Shown here: piece after piece, positions 11,910 through 23,779 of the stretch
Position numbering within the stretch: the stretch's first letter is position 1
Layout of the letters: every line of letters begins with the position of its first letter
Origin: Eledone cirrhosa
Lineage: Eukaryota
NCBI GenBank assembly: GCA_964016885.1
Contig: OZ024746.1
Span: 51,770,001-51,834,000 of the forward strand
Length of the DNA: 64,000 nucleotides
Direction: 5' to 3'
Made by a program: the position numbers and the translations under genes
The notes under the pieces: generated by a model
The model's database searches: none
The model's input: only the letters and a program-made list of their open reading frames with translations
What the model was told of the DNA's origin: nothing

Positions 11910-12571
11910 CAATGGCAATAAACGAAAGAAATCAAGTTAGCAACAGGTAAAATATAGAGTACGAGAAAGAATACCACGCTCTATCAGACATGTTAACCTC
12001 TAAAAACACAAAAATATGCCCCAAAACGGAGAGAAATGAGGTAAAATGGGGAGATTTTATTTAATGAAAGCTATACCCGTTTTCATAAGAGAAGACATGT
12101 GTTAGCCACCTGATCGGGAGAGTTGAAAGGTCTGCACTATATATATTTAAAAATAAATAAATCTTTAATAACTACGACAGAAACCACAATAATAATAGCA
12201 CCGCATTATCAACAACAACATTAACAACACAACAACATTAACAACACAACAACTATACTAACATCACAACATAAAAATTAACAACACGACAATAATTCTG
12301 AGATTTCTCAGAGCAGGACAAATATGGATCGGACGATCAAGAGGATAAAATATTTGTGACACGGGCAACACAGTTCGTTGGTCAAGTGAGGAAAGACTAA
12401 CCACGTGACAACAATTTGGTCACATGAAAATATGGAGCGAAATCTATTTAAATTTTGTTTTTATTTTGTAATTTTAACTTTATATTTTATAATGTTTTAT
12501 TATATATATATATATATTTTGTTTTGTCTTTTTTTCATATCTGGTTTACAATAGATGTTCAATATTATTTC

Positions 12572-12585
12572 TGTATGTATGTATG

Positions 12586-12653
<68 letters not shown>

Positions 12654-12654
12654 C

Positions 12655-12692
<38 letters not shown>

Positions 12693-12839
12693 TTATATAT
12701 ACATATATATTTATATATACATATATATTTATATATATATTTATATATATATATATTTATATATATATATATATTTATATATACATATATATTTATATAT
12801 ACATATATATTTATATATATATTTATATATATATATTTA

Positions 12840-12912
<73 letters not shown>

Positions 12913-13236
12913 GTGTGTGGGGGTGTATATATATATATACATTTATATATATAGATGTATATATATATGAATATATATATATGTGTGTTTGTGGAATCTG
13001 TATGTATGAGTCTGTATATAATTTTATATATATATACATGTGTATATATAAGTATGTATATATATTATATATATATATATATATAATCTACATATACATA
13101 TATCTCTATTTACGTATACTTATATATAAAGTATATATGTGTGTATACATATCTATATATCTGTGCATGTACGATGTGTCTCTGTCCAGTATTTAGCTGT
13201 AAACAGATAATTCATGTAAATATACAAGTATATATA

Positions 13237-13312
<76 letters not shown>
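12572..13312. repeat. Compound (TA)n/(TATG)n microsatellite region
   Basis: Direct reading. Confidence 0.9.
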
Positions 13313-13317
<5 letters not shown>

Positions 13318-13704
13318 GAAAGAGTTCTGTGAAATAAATGGTATATATATAAACATAATTAATAAATCCACTCGTGGTATATTGTTTGTTGTTTCCTTGT
13401 TTATAACATTGTTGTTGTTATTGTTGTCGTTTAACCCTAGGACAAACGGGAGTCATGGAAAACAAAATCGATATTGCTGAAATTTGAACAAACTTACCTC
13501 CCCCTGTCTTGCATATTACATTAATCCCACCACACCATACTTGTCCCTGACCGTATTATCCAAGTTCTTCTTTCCCTGAACATCACTCTCTCTGGATTGC
13601 ACTTCCTGTCTATGTTTTTCAGGAGCAGGTGTCGTAAACCTGCACCTTTTTAGACTATCTCCAAAGGATCACTGGTGCCCTGAATCATATTTAATTGTGT
13701 TATT

Positions 13705-14150
13705 ATTTGGCAGTATCGGTAGAGGGTCGGACGCTATAGTTTGCAGCATAGAGTTACGGCTCTTTACGTTCTGAGTTCAAATCTCCCCCCCCCCCCTCTC
13801 CCGAGGTTAGCTTTGCCTTTCATCTTTACGGGGTCGATAAAATAAAGTACCAGTAATGTACTGGGGTAATTGCTGGCTTTGTGCCAAAAGTAGAAACAGT
13901 TATTATTATTATTATTAGTCGGCCCTTGTGGCTAATAAATGAAATCAGTGGATTGGCAGTGTCGGTAGAGGGTCGGACGCCATGCTTTGACGCATAGAGT
14001 TACGGTCCTTGCCATTCTGAATTCAAATCCCGCCGAGGTTAACTTTGCCTTTCATCCTTACGGGGTCGATAAAATAAAGTACCAGTAATACACTGGGTAA
14101 TTGCTGGCCTTGTGCCAAAAGTAGAAACAATTATTATTATTATTATTATT
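13705..14150 (+). mobile_element. Two SINEs with a ~30-bp Tx1 3' terminus (13918-13946) between them
   Basis: SINE consensus twice. gtcggcccttgtggctaataaatgaaatc sits in the ATT tail. Confidence 0.85.
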
Positions 14151-14227
14151 ATCCCTTGAATCTCAGTCATTGATGTTAGTTAACTGGAAAGTCCGTTGGA
14201 ATGAATATCAAGCCACTACCTGCAGCC

Positions 14228-14704
14228 TCAGATATTCAGGACGTATCGGAGGGTTCTTGCTGTTCCCAGCAAGCATGCCTTTTGAAGCGTTCCAAAAAGC
14301 GTGAAGGGGCCGATTTTCTTTAACCATCCCTGGAAACTTTTGGAGATAGTCCCCAGTGCGCCTATGACAATCGGGATCACTTTGACTTCATGGCAGTTCC
14401 AAATCCTTTTTACCTCCCACTTTAAGTCCTGGTATCGGTTAATTTTCTCCCTCTCCTTCTCTTGCACTCTCGTGCCGAATGGGCAGGCCACATCCACAAT
14501 CAGACACGATCTTTTTTCTTTGTCCACAACCACCAGGTCAGGTCTATTGTGTTCCAGTTTCTTGTCCGTCTGTATCCTAAAATCCCACAGCACCTTCACC
14601 TGATCGTTCTCCATCACCGCCTCTGGCCTATGCTCATACCATTTCTCAGAATGTGGTAAATTGTTTACTTTGCACAGGTGCCAGTGGATCACCCTGCCCA
14701 TCAC
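14228..14704 (-). CDS. Dong/R4-type LINE C-terminus (restriction-like endonuclease), 5'-truncated; element ~14151-14748
   Basis: WDFRIQTD..EHNRPDLVVVD..VDVACP..EKINRYQDL..PIVIGALG. Element bounded by (ATT)n on both sides. Confidence 0.9.
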   Translation of the reverse strand: MMGRVIHWHLCKVNNLPHSEKWYEHRPEAVMENDQVKVLWDFRIQTDKKLEHNRPDLVVVDKEKRSCLIVDVACPFGTRVQEKEREKINRYQDLKWEVKRIWNCHEVKVIPIVIGALGTISKSFQGWLKKIGPFTLFGTLQKACLLGTARTLRYVLNI

Positions 14705-14747
14705 ATCATGTCTCCAGCCCTTATAGTGGGTCTGGGCTAGGTGTTTA

Positions 14748-14804
<57 letters not shown>

Positions 14805-14947
14805 AGTTGCATTTATCTTGCTTTATGTTCATACGAGTTATCACCAAGTCACAACCAGTGACCTCAAGAGACAACAAGGTCCGCCATGTTCAAGAAAGAA
14901 CATACATATTCACACATGCATCTTTAGTGTTTAGACTTGTGATGTAC

Positions 14948-17071
14948 TTATATTGACAGAATCTTCCTTAGTATATGGGCAGTTCCCATTAGTACTATCT
15001 TTTGTATTTCTCCTATACGCGGGTTTCCTGGGATTTGCGATAAGTAATCATTAGACCCCTTAGGTATCATTCCCAGAGCGCCTACAACCACTGGTATTGT
15101 TTTAGTTCTCAATTTCCACATTTTTCCAATTTCTATCTCCAGGTCCTTATACTTGCTCAATTTTTCAAATGTTTTTATAGATACATTCTTGTCTATTGGA
15201 ACAGACATATCAATTAGCAGGCATACCCTCTTTTGAAAGTCCTTCAATATTATATCAGGTCTATTTGCATCTATTTTTCGGTCTGTTTGGATGCTAAAGT
15301 TCCACAAGATTGAGATGTGATCTTTTTCAAGTATGGGAGGTGGTTGATGCTCCCACCAATTCTTTTGATGGGGCAGGTCAAAATGCTTACACATTATCCA
15401 ACGTATGTATTGTGCAGCTCTGTCATGCCTGTTTCGGTATTCGGTTGGAGCTATAGGATTGCACATTGAAATTATATGGTCAATGGTCTCTGGTTGTTTT
15501 TTGCATACACGGCATAATGGGCTGCACCCATTTTTTATTATGTTGGCTTGGTAATTTTTTGTTGGCAGACACTGATCTTGTGCCGATAACTGGATTAACC
15601 CACGTCCTCCTTCTTTCCTAGGGAGATATATTCTATCTATATCTGCCTTAGGGTGATGCATTCTGTGCATGGTTAAGAATTTTCGAATTTTTGTATCGAG
15701 CATACGGATCTCTGTGCTTGACCAGTTGATGACATTGTAACTGTAGGTTACTACTGGAATGGCAAGCGTGTTTATGGCATCGATCCTATTCCTTGCATTC
15801 AATTCCGTTCTTAAGATTGCTCTTACTCTGCGGTAACATTCCTTCCTTATCCTTTCCCTCATTGTCGAGTGCTTGATTCCGTCTCCTTCACAAACACCTA
15901 GATATTTGTAAGTTTTTTCTTGATCAAGTTCTCTTATCACGTTCCCCCGATCAAGTTTAATGTCTGAACTCCTCAGCAGCTTTCCTCTGGTGAACGTTGC
16001 TTTGGCGCATTTATCTAGTCCAAACTCCATTTTAATGGCATCACTGAACTGCTTCACAGTGGATAATAGCCCTTGCAATTGTTCATCATTTTTTGCAAAT
16101 AGTTTCAGGTCATCCATGTAGAACAGGTGATTAATGGTTTTGTCATAGACTTTATATCCATGTTTTGTTTCATTGAGCATTTTACTTAATGGTATAAGTG
16201 CGATGCAGAATAAAAGCGGTGATAAAGAGTCACCCTGAAAAATTCCACAATTAATATTAACTTCTCCAGCTTCCAATGATTTTGTTTCATTATTCAAAAG
16301 GAGTGTCGTTTTCCATGTCTTCATACTGAATGACAAAAACCTCCTGACAACGGGGGATATTTTGAAAATCTCTAAACATTTTTCAATCCAACTGTGTGGC
16401 AAACTATCGAATGCTTTTTTATAATCTATCCAAGCAATCGATAGATTTTTGTGTCTATTATGACAATCTTCCAGTATCATTTTGTTAACCAGAAGCTGAT
16501 CCTTACAGCCATATGAGCCTCGTTTACACCCTTTCTGCTCAATGGGAAATAGGTCATTTGTTATCAGGTGGTCATATGTGTATTCAGTGAGGACTGATGT
16601 TAAAATTGTATACATTGTGGTCAAGCAAGTCATCGGTCTGTAATTTTTGGGATTGTTTGTCTCATCATTCTTCGGAATCAGGAATGTAATGCCGTTAACT
16701 AGCCATGATGGTATCTTTTCTGGCTCCTTAACTATTTCATTGTAAAGTTGGGCTAACAGCTCATGAGGCTCTGTGAAGGCATTTATCCAAAAGTTTTGTA
16801 TTTTGTCTTTTCCTGGGGATTTCCATCTGCTGGTTTTTCTTAGAGCCAAGCGCAACTGTTCAACTGTTATATTTTCCCATGTTTGTTCCTCAAGGTGAGC
16901 TGTATCTTTCATTTGTCTGTCTATCCATGGGGCATGTATGTTATGAACTTTTTCTTCGGCCCAGATCTTTTCCCAGAATTCTTGCACTTCCTCCTTGGGT
17001 GGTATTGATTTAGCAGTTATTGTTGACTTACCAATTTTTCTGTAGAAGTTTCTTTGGTTGTTTTTGAACAT
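14948..17071 (-). CDS. Dong/R4-type non-LTR RT + CCHC + REL endonuclease, 5'-truncated; element ~14803-17098
   Basis: KSPGKD, NYRPMTCL, WIDYKKAFDS, GIFQGDSLSP, FYMDD, CRVC..ETIDHIISMC, NRPDIIL. Flanked by (ATT)n. Confidence 0.95.
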   Translation of the reverse strand: MFKNNQRNFYRKIGKSTITAKSIPPKEEVQEFWEKIWAEEKVHNIHAPWIDRQMKDTAHLEEQTWENITVEQLRLALRKTSRWKSPGKDKIQNFWINAFTEPHELLAQLYNEIVKEPEKIPSWLVNGITFLIPKNDETNNPKNYRPMTCLTTMYTILTSVLTEYTYDHLITNDLFPIEQKGCKRGSYGCKDQLLVNKMILEDCHNRHKNLSIAWIDYKKAFDSLPHSWIEKCLEIFKISPVVRRFLSFSMKTWKTTLLLNNETKSLEAGEVNINCGIFQGDSLSPLLFCIALIPLSKMLNETKHGYKVYDKTINHLFYMDDLKLFAKNDEQLQGLLSTVKQFSDAIKMEFGLDKCAKATFTRGKLLRSSDIKLDRGNVIRELDQEKTYKYLGVCEGDGIKHSTMRERIRKECYRRVRAILRTELNARNRIDAINTLAIPVVTYSYNVINWSSTEIRMLDTKIRKFLTMHRMHHPKADIDRIYLPRKEGGRGLIQLSAQDQCLPTKNYQANIIKNGCSPLCRVCKKQPETIDHIISMCNPIAPTEYRNRHDRAAQYIRWIMCKHFDLPHQKNWWEHQPPPILEKDHISILWNFSIQTDRKIDANRPDIILKDFQKRVCLLIDMSVPIDKNVSIKTFEKLSKYKDLEIEIGKMWKLRTKTIPVVVGALGMIPKGSNDYLSQIPGNPRIGEIQKIVLMGTAHILRKILSI

Positions 17072-17097
17072 ATTATTGTCCTTATAGAATCTAGATC

Positions 17098-17144
<47 letters not shown>

Positions 17145-17145
<1 letters not shown>

Positions 17146-17440
17146 GGGCTGTGAATTGGCAATATCAGTAGAGTGTCGGACATGCTTTGTAGCATAGAGT
17201 TTCGACCCTCTGCGTTCTGAGTTCTAATCCCGCCGAGGTTAACTTTGCTGTTCATCCTTACAGGGTCCATAAAGTACAGTAACAGTAATGCACTGAGGTT
17301 GATTTAATCGACTTTTCCATCCCCTCAAATTGTTGGCCTTGTGCCTAAATCAGAAATCATTATTATTATTAGTATAGGGCGGTTAATTGACAGTTTCAGT
17401 AGATCGTCGGACAACATGCTTTGTGGCATAGAGTTACGGA
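17145..17440 (+). mobile_element. SINE plus 5' half of a second SINE
   Basis: SINE consensus. The second copy breaks off after agagttacgg. Confidence 0.8.
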
Positions 17441-17444
17441 GACG

Positions 17445-18958
17445 ACACCCTCTTTCACAACCACAAACAAATCACATTCGCAGCTACGGCTGCGAAAACA
17501 ACAGAACTGTTCAACATGGACTTGAGTAGGAGATATGAATGTTTGGCGCAGGCAGTCAAACTTGTAAAAGTAGAGAAAACCTAGGCCAACATAAGTGCTC
17601 TGCCTGAGGTGTTGTCAGTAACAGAGAGAAAGGCTCATATATTGATGTATTGGCATTAAGTCCAAAAATCCGGAGCTGGCCCCAACATCCCAGATGGAGG
17701 TTGTGCTGAAGTGTTTAAATGCCAGACATTCAACATGTAGCGAAGCCCTTGCAAAAAAAGTACATTGTCGTCCCCCACAAAATAGACTGATGTATTTTGT
17801 TTCCACTCACATAGGAAGGACACTGAAGATAAGCATTGCTGGAATCCGACCAGAAATAGACAGCCATAGTGCTGGAAGGAAGCGAAATGCTCCTCGAGGT
17901 AAAGAGGACCCGGGGAGAGACATGGTCTGGGATCAGTTTGGAGATACTCTTCCAGATCAATCCAAAGAAGATTGAAAACATCCCATACCTAATTGGCCTT
18001 CCTGGTGGCGTGGAAATAAGGGTCATAGTTGAGGGTAAAAGGCTCTGCTGTCATTTTAAGAGTGTTTTGCCCTCAACAAAAGACAGGGAACCACAGGGTC
18101 CCCTTGCTGTCGATACCGGATACTCAACAGCAGTAACAACAGCGTCTCTGGCACTAACAACACCACCACTAATAGCAACAACAACGACAGTACCAAGGCC
18201 AACAACATCACCAATAGCAGCAACTGAACCACCACCAACACCATTAACAACAACAACACCTATATTGTCCCTGAAAAATGCTCCCTCTCCCTTCTCTCTC
18301 CGTCTCCTCGAAATAAAAACACACATAGATTTTTGGCACCGGCATGGCATATGCCGACGACATCACCGTGATGGTGTCGTGCACCTCGGAAATGGACGTA
18401 GTCGGCAACTTATTAGAGTAATATGAATGGTCGACGAGAGCAAAACTAAGTCGGTGGGTTTGCTGCTCGGCACACGGAGAAGCAAATCCATGCTTTCAAC
18501 AGCGTCATGGAATGCTGGACGGACGGACTGGTGAAGTGGCTCGGAGTCTGGTTTTGGCCAGACCTTCAGGTGGATAAGAAATGGGGTGAGGTAACAAGCA
18601 GGATGGCCACTCTCACCCAGAAAGAAGCCGAGAGGAAGCTATCCCTAAGAGGACTGGTGTAGGAGGCGAACGCGTACATCGTGTCCGTCATCTATTACCT
18701 TGCCTTCGTTCACGCCTCGCCAAATTGAATAGATTGGAGAAGGGAGGGGCCCCTCCTAAGGTGCTGTTGGAGTGTATGGTGGTTAAGTATTGGTGGGGTT
18801 CCAAACTAGCCCTGTGTGGCCTTCCCTGTCATCCTATTGGGGAATTTTCATTGTTTTGTATGTATTGTTACCTGTTATTATTTTTACTTGCTTTTATTGT
18901 AAACTCCTACTATCCCTGTCTTTTTCGTGTCCCTTATATGTCGGTCCTTGTGGCCAAT
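17445..18958 (+). pseudogene. Internally deleted, degraded Tx1-like LINE (ORF1 remnant, RT remnant, 3' UTR)
   Basis: LPGGVEIRVIVEGKRLCC resembles Tx1 ORF1. gcatatgccgacgacatcaccgtgatg = AYADDITVM at ~18347. 3' end gtcggtccttgtggccaat. Confidence 0.7.
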
Positions 18959-18959
18959 G

Positions 18960-19530
18960 TAAGGATGAAAGGCAAAGTTAACCTTTTATCTTTACGGGGT
19001 CGATAAAATAAAGTACCAGTAATGTACTGTGTTGCTGGCCTTCTGCCAAAATAATTTTCTACTTTTGGCACAGGGCCAGCAATTACCCAGTACATTACTG
19101 CTACTTTATTTTATCGACACCGTAAGGATAAAAGGTTAACGTTGCCTTTCATCCTTACGGGGTCGATGAAATAAAGTACCAGTAATGTACTGAGTAATTG
19201 GTGGCATTGTGCCAAAAGTAGAAACAATTATTATTAGTACCCGGATCTTGAAGCCATTTCAAATAAGGTACAAAGTGGCAAAAAAGAAAAAAAAATGTTT
19301 TCTTGTATATATATATATATATGTTTATGATAAATAATTGTTTCTACTTTTGGCACAAGGCCAGCAATTATCCCAGTGTATTACTGGTACTTTATTTTAT
19401 CGCCCCCGTAAGGATGAAAGGCAAAGTTAACCGCGGCGGATTTTGAACTCAGATCATAAAGGGAGGTAACTCTATGCTTCAAAGTATGGCGTCTGACCCT
19501 CTACCGATACTGCCAATCCACCGCCCGTTT
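18960..19530. mobile_element. Rearranged SINE fragments forming a palindrome (18960-19157) plus a minus-strand SINE (19335-19527)
   Basis: Alternating orientations of the SINE 3' half. Confidence 0.75.
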
Positions 19531-19805
19531 ATGATAAATAATGCGGGTCCGATAATCCTAGTTATTAGGGGGAAGTGAGTAATATCCCATAGCCCCGGAT
19601 CGAGGATTGAGTAGATTAGAACAGTTTGGAAGTCGGTCGAAAAGACAGTATCATTAATTTAAAGAGCCAACCTTACCACAGACTTTGTCACGCTGAATGA
19701 AACAGTTCTAGTCCTGCAGAAGCTTTTCTATATTAAATACTTATACTCTGCTTTGTATTGAGTACCTTACTTACTGTGGTTACCCCCGATTGAACCCGGG
19801 ATAAA

Positions 19806-19837
<32 letters not shown>

Positions 19838-19840
<3 letters not shown>

Positions 19841-22800
19841 GAGGGTCATATTTGTGTAATATTGCCAGAATTAATAACAGAACACACTCACTGTTTGGTT
19901 GGTTTTCGCTCTTCGCTTCTGTGTCTTTTATATCGGTAATCTAATTTATTCGGTCCTCAGTGTTACCTTTGACTGACCAACGGTCAAAAATACAGATACA
20001 ATATAGACATAAACAGATATATATAGTCTATCAAAGTTCTTTCGTTGCACATCTGCAACATCGTCAGTGGTGCTATTGTTTCCTCCCGTTGCATTGTATT
20101 TTCTACGCCATCTTTATTTAGTCTGTTTATATATTTATTTATTTGTTTATTTTATTTTTTCTACTTTGCGCATGCGTTTGCGTGTGTGTATAGTGTTTTG
20201 TTTGATGTGTGTTCGTGATTGGGTGGCTGTGTATTGGTTAATGTATTCTATCTTTACTAGTGTGTGTTTATATGTGTTTGTTGTTATTGTGCTTGTGTAT
20301 GTATTTATTTATTTATTTAATTATCTATTTATTTATTTATTTATTCTTCTCTTAGGTCAGAGTTGTTTGTTTGGGTGTTGTTGTTATTCCATTCATTCTT
20401 TCTGTTTAGTCTTGGCCTTCTAAGTTCTATTTCACTGGCCTCTCTGATTTGCCTATCTGCTGGGTCATTTCTATGTTTAGATATTCTAATTTCTATGTTG
20501 TCTATGTTACCGTCGTGTTGTTGTCTGGCATGTTCGTAGAGTACTGAACCGTTTTATCGTCCTTTTAGTCCCCCCCCACCCCAGTGTTGGTCTATCCTTT
20601 CACCTATGCTACGAGCTGTCTCGCCTATGTATGTTGTTGTCATGTTTCTGCAAGTACCCTCTGTACATCTTATGCTATAGACTACGTTTATAGTTTTACA
20701 GTTTATCCGGGGTTTAGCTTACATATGATACATTTCCTATTAGTACAGTGGGTTTTCTTATAAGGGATTTTATGGTGGTTCCTGGCTTTTCTACCACCTT
20801 AATCTTTAAGTGGGTCTTTCTCGGGGCCTTTCTACACTGGTTAGCTAATTTCCCTCCAGGGGTAGCGTCCACAAACATGATACTCTGGTATCTCTGGTTC
20901 TCGTACCATGAGGTGGCTTTCCCTATCTTATGTCTAGCCCTATCTAAGCTATTCCATGATTTTCTCCTGTATAATGGGCAAATTCCTTTCTTGTCCAGTT
21001 CTATGAGGGGCTTATACTTCTCCGTGGATCCTTCGTATACCCTGAATCTGTCTCGTTGGTTGTAGCCAGAGAACTGCATGCAGTTGATGAAGTGTTGGAT
21101 GTGTCTTTCCATTTCTGTTGGGTCGCACATGCGGGACACGTTCTTCACCACTCGTACCATATTCACTCGTACCATATTCAAGTTCAACGAGAAGATCTAC
21201 ACCCAAAAATGAGGGAGCAGCCATTGGCGTCAGCATAGCTGGTGATGTTGCCAACCTTTTCATGGTATGGTGGGAAAGGAGACTTAAAGATCTCCTTAAT
21301 GAGAGCTCCATAGACCTCATCATGTACTCTCGTTACGTAGGCGATATCAATATAGTTATAAGAACATCCCCACAAGAGAGCACTAACAAGTTTGATTTAG
21401 AACGTAGCACAATGGAAAGCATCCAGCAGATAGCTAATTCCATACACCAGATTATAACTGTAACTATCGACTACCCTTCCAAACACCCTAACAATAGACT
21501 ACCTGTATTAGACACGGAACTCTGGATTAACACTATAGACGACAGAGCCCAAATTCTCCACTCACACTACGCTAAACCCATGGCCTCCAAATAGCTGATA
21601 CTCAAAAACTCAGCAATATCCAGTAGTACTAATTTTAATATTCTGATCGCAGACCTGGTACGAGTGATGAAGAACGTGTCCCGCATGTGCGACCCAACAG
21701 AAATGGAAAGACACATCCAACACTTCATCAACGGCATGTAGTTCTCTGGCTACAACCAAAGAGACAGAATCAGAGTATACGAAGGAGCCACGGAGAAGTA
21801 TAATACCCTCATAGAACTGGACATGAAAGGAATTTGCCCATTATATAGGAGCAAATCATGGAATAGCTTAGATATGGCTAGACATAAGATAGGGAAAGCC
21901 ACCTCATGGTACGACAACCAGAGATACCAGAGTGTCATGTTTGTGGACGCTACCCCTGGAGGGAAATTAGCTAACCAGTGTAGAAAGGCCCTGAGAAAGA
22001 CCCACTTAAAGATTAAGGTGGTAGAAAAGCCAGGAACCACCATAAAATCCCTTATAACAAAACCCACTGTACTAATAGGAAATGTATCACATGTAAGGTA
22101 AACCCCCGGATAAACTGTAAAACTAGAAACGTAGTCTATAGCATAAGATGCACAGAGGGTACTTGCAGAAACATGACAACAACATACATAGGCGAGACAG
22201 CTCGTAGCATAGGTGAAAAGATAGACCAACACTGGGGGGAACTAAAAGGACGGAAAAACGGTTCAGTACTATACGAACATGCCAGACAACAACACGACGT
22301 TAACATAGACAACATAGAAGTTAGAATATCTAAACATAGAAATGACCCAGCAGATAGGCAAATCAGAGAGGCCAGTGAAATAGAACTTAGAAGGCCAAGG
22401 CTAAACAGAAAACAATGAATGGAATAACAACAACACCCAAACAAACAACTCTGACCTAAGAGAAGAATAAATAAATAAATAAATAGATAATTAAATAAAT
22501 AAATAAATACATACACAAGCACAATAACAACAAACACATATAAACACACACTAGTAAAGATAGAATACATTAACCAATACACAGCCACCCAATCACGAAC
22601 ACACATCAAACAAAACACTATACACACTCGCAAATGCATGCGCAAAGAAGAAAAAATAAAATAAACAAATAAATAAATATATAAACAGACAAAATAAAGA
22701 TGGCATAGAAAATACAATGCAACGGGAGGAAACAATAGCACCACTGACGATGTTAAAGATGTGCAACGAAAGAACATTGATAAACTATATATATGTGTTT

Positions 22801-23028
22801 GTGTCTATATTGTATCTGTATTTTTGACCGTTGGTCAGTCAATTGTAACATTGAGGTCCGAATAAATTAGATTACCGATATAAAAGACACAGAAGCGAAA
22901 AGCGAAAACCAACCAAACAGTGAATGTGTTCTGTTATTAATTCTGGCAATATTACACAAATATGACCCTCCCCAAGTATAACAATATTTATTTCGACACA
23001 CGATTTCATATAAAAAACCTCGCAAAAC
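19838..23028. mobile_element. Penelope-like (Naiad-like) fold-back copy 1: minus arm 19838-21165, plus arm 21170-22975, tail 22976-23028
   Basis: RT motifs GAAIG, YSRYVGD, LPVLDTELW and GIY-YIG region YIGETARS. Broken by stops and frameshifts. (TA)n on both sides. Confidence 0.9.
20022..20078 (-). ncRNA. Hammerhead-like motif in the PLE 3' pLTR (other copies 22733-22790 +, ~43570-43627 -, ~46060-46112 -, 50170-50226 +)
   Basis: CTGACGA-t-gttgca-gatg-tgcaac-GAAA-gaac-tt. Stems I and III are weak. Confidence 0.55.
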
Positions 23029-23040
23029 TATATATATATA

Positions 23041-23490
23041 TGTGGAAGTTCTATTTAAATTGTTGGGATACAACAAGCAAATATTTTTATAACTGATATA
23101 AAGCACTTAACAAATAATTGGAGTAAAAATACGATATTAACAAATGGAAACTATATTTATAAAACCATATTTATTTCATTATACAAATTTCAAGGACCCC
23201 AAGTTAAATTATGGTGTGCTTTCATCAGATAAAATATAATATAGAGCAGTTTTATAAATAAATATTGACATACCCTTAAAGAATGCGACCATTACTGTTG
23301 GAAGCTCCCGGGAGCTTCTAACAGTAATGGTCGCATTCTTTAAGGGTATGTCAATATTTATTTATAAAACTGCTCTATATTATATTTTATCTGATGAAAG
23401 CACACCATAATTTAACTTGGGGTCCTTGAAATTTGTATAATGAAATAAATATGGTTTTATAAATATAGTTTCCATTTGTTAATATCGTAT
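23041..23490 (-). mobile_element. Fold-back insertion family C: tail 23041-23128 plus loopless palindrome 23129-23490 (centre 23309/23310)
   Basis: 181-bp arms centred on gctccc|gggagc. CTGATGA...GAAA..GTA motif at 23391-23437. Confidence 0.9.
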
Positions 23491-23532
23491 ATATATATAT
23501 ATAGTTATGTAATAAACAACATAAGGCAATTA

Positions 23533-23592
23533 TTCCATTTACCATTGGTTTCTTAAAAGCAAAGAATTTTGCTTTCAATCATCAGAATGAAA
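23533..23592 (-). ncRNA. Canonical type I hammerhead ribozyme (family J, left arm)
   Basis: Reverse complement: tttcatt-CTGATGA-ttgaaagcaa..ttgcttttaa-GAAAC-caatg-GTA-aatggaa. Confidence 0.8.
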
Positions 23593-23779
23593 AAATCCTG
23601 GTCTGTTTATTGAATTTGGATTTTAAAAACAAAAATGCAATCTATATGAAAGTGAGGCTGGAGAAGGAAGAAGGAAACGAAAAATAAAATAAAAAAATTA
23701 AAATAAAAACACACATGCAAACACACACACACACACATACACACAAATGTATACATACACACACACACATATATATATA

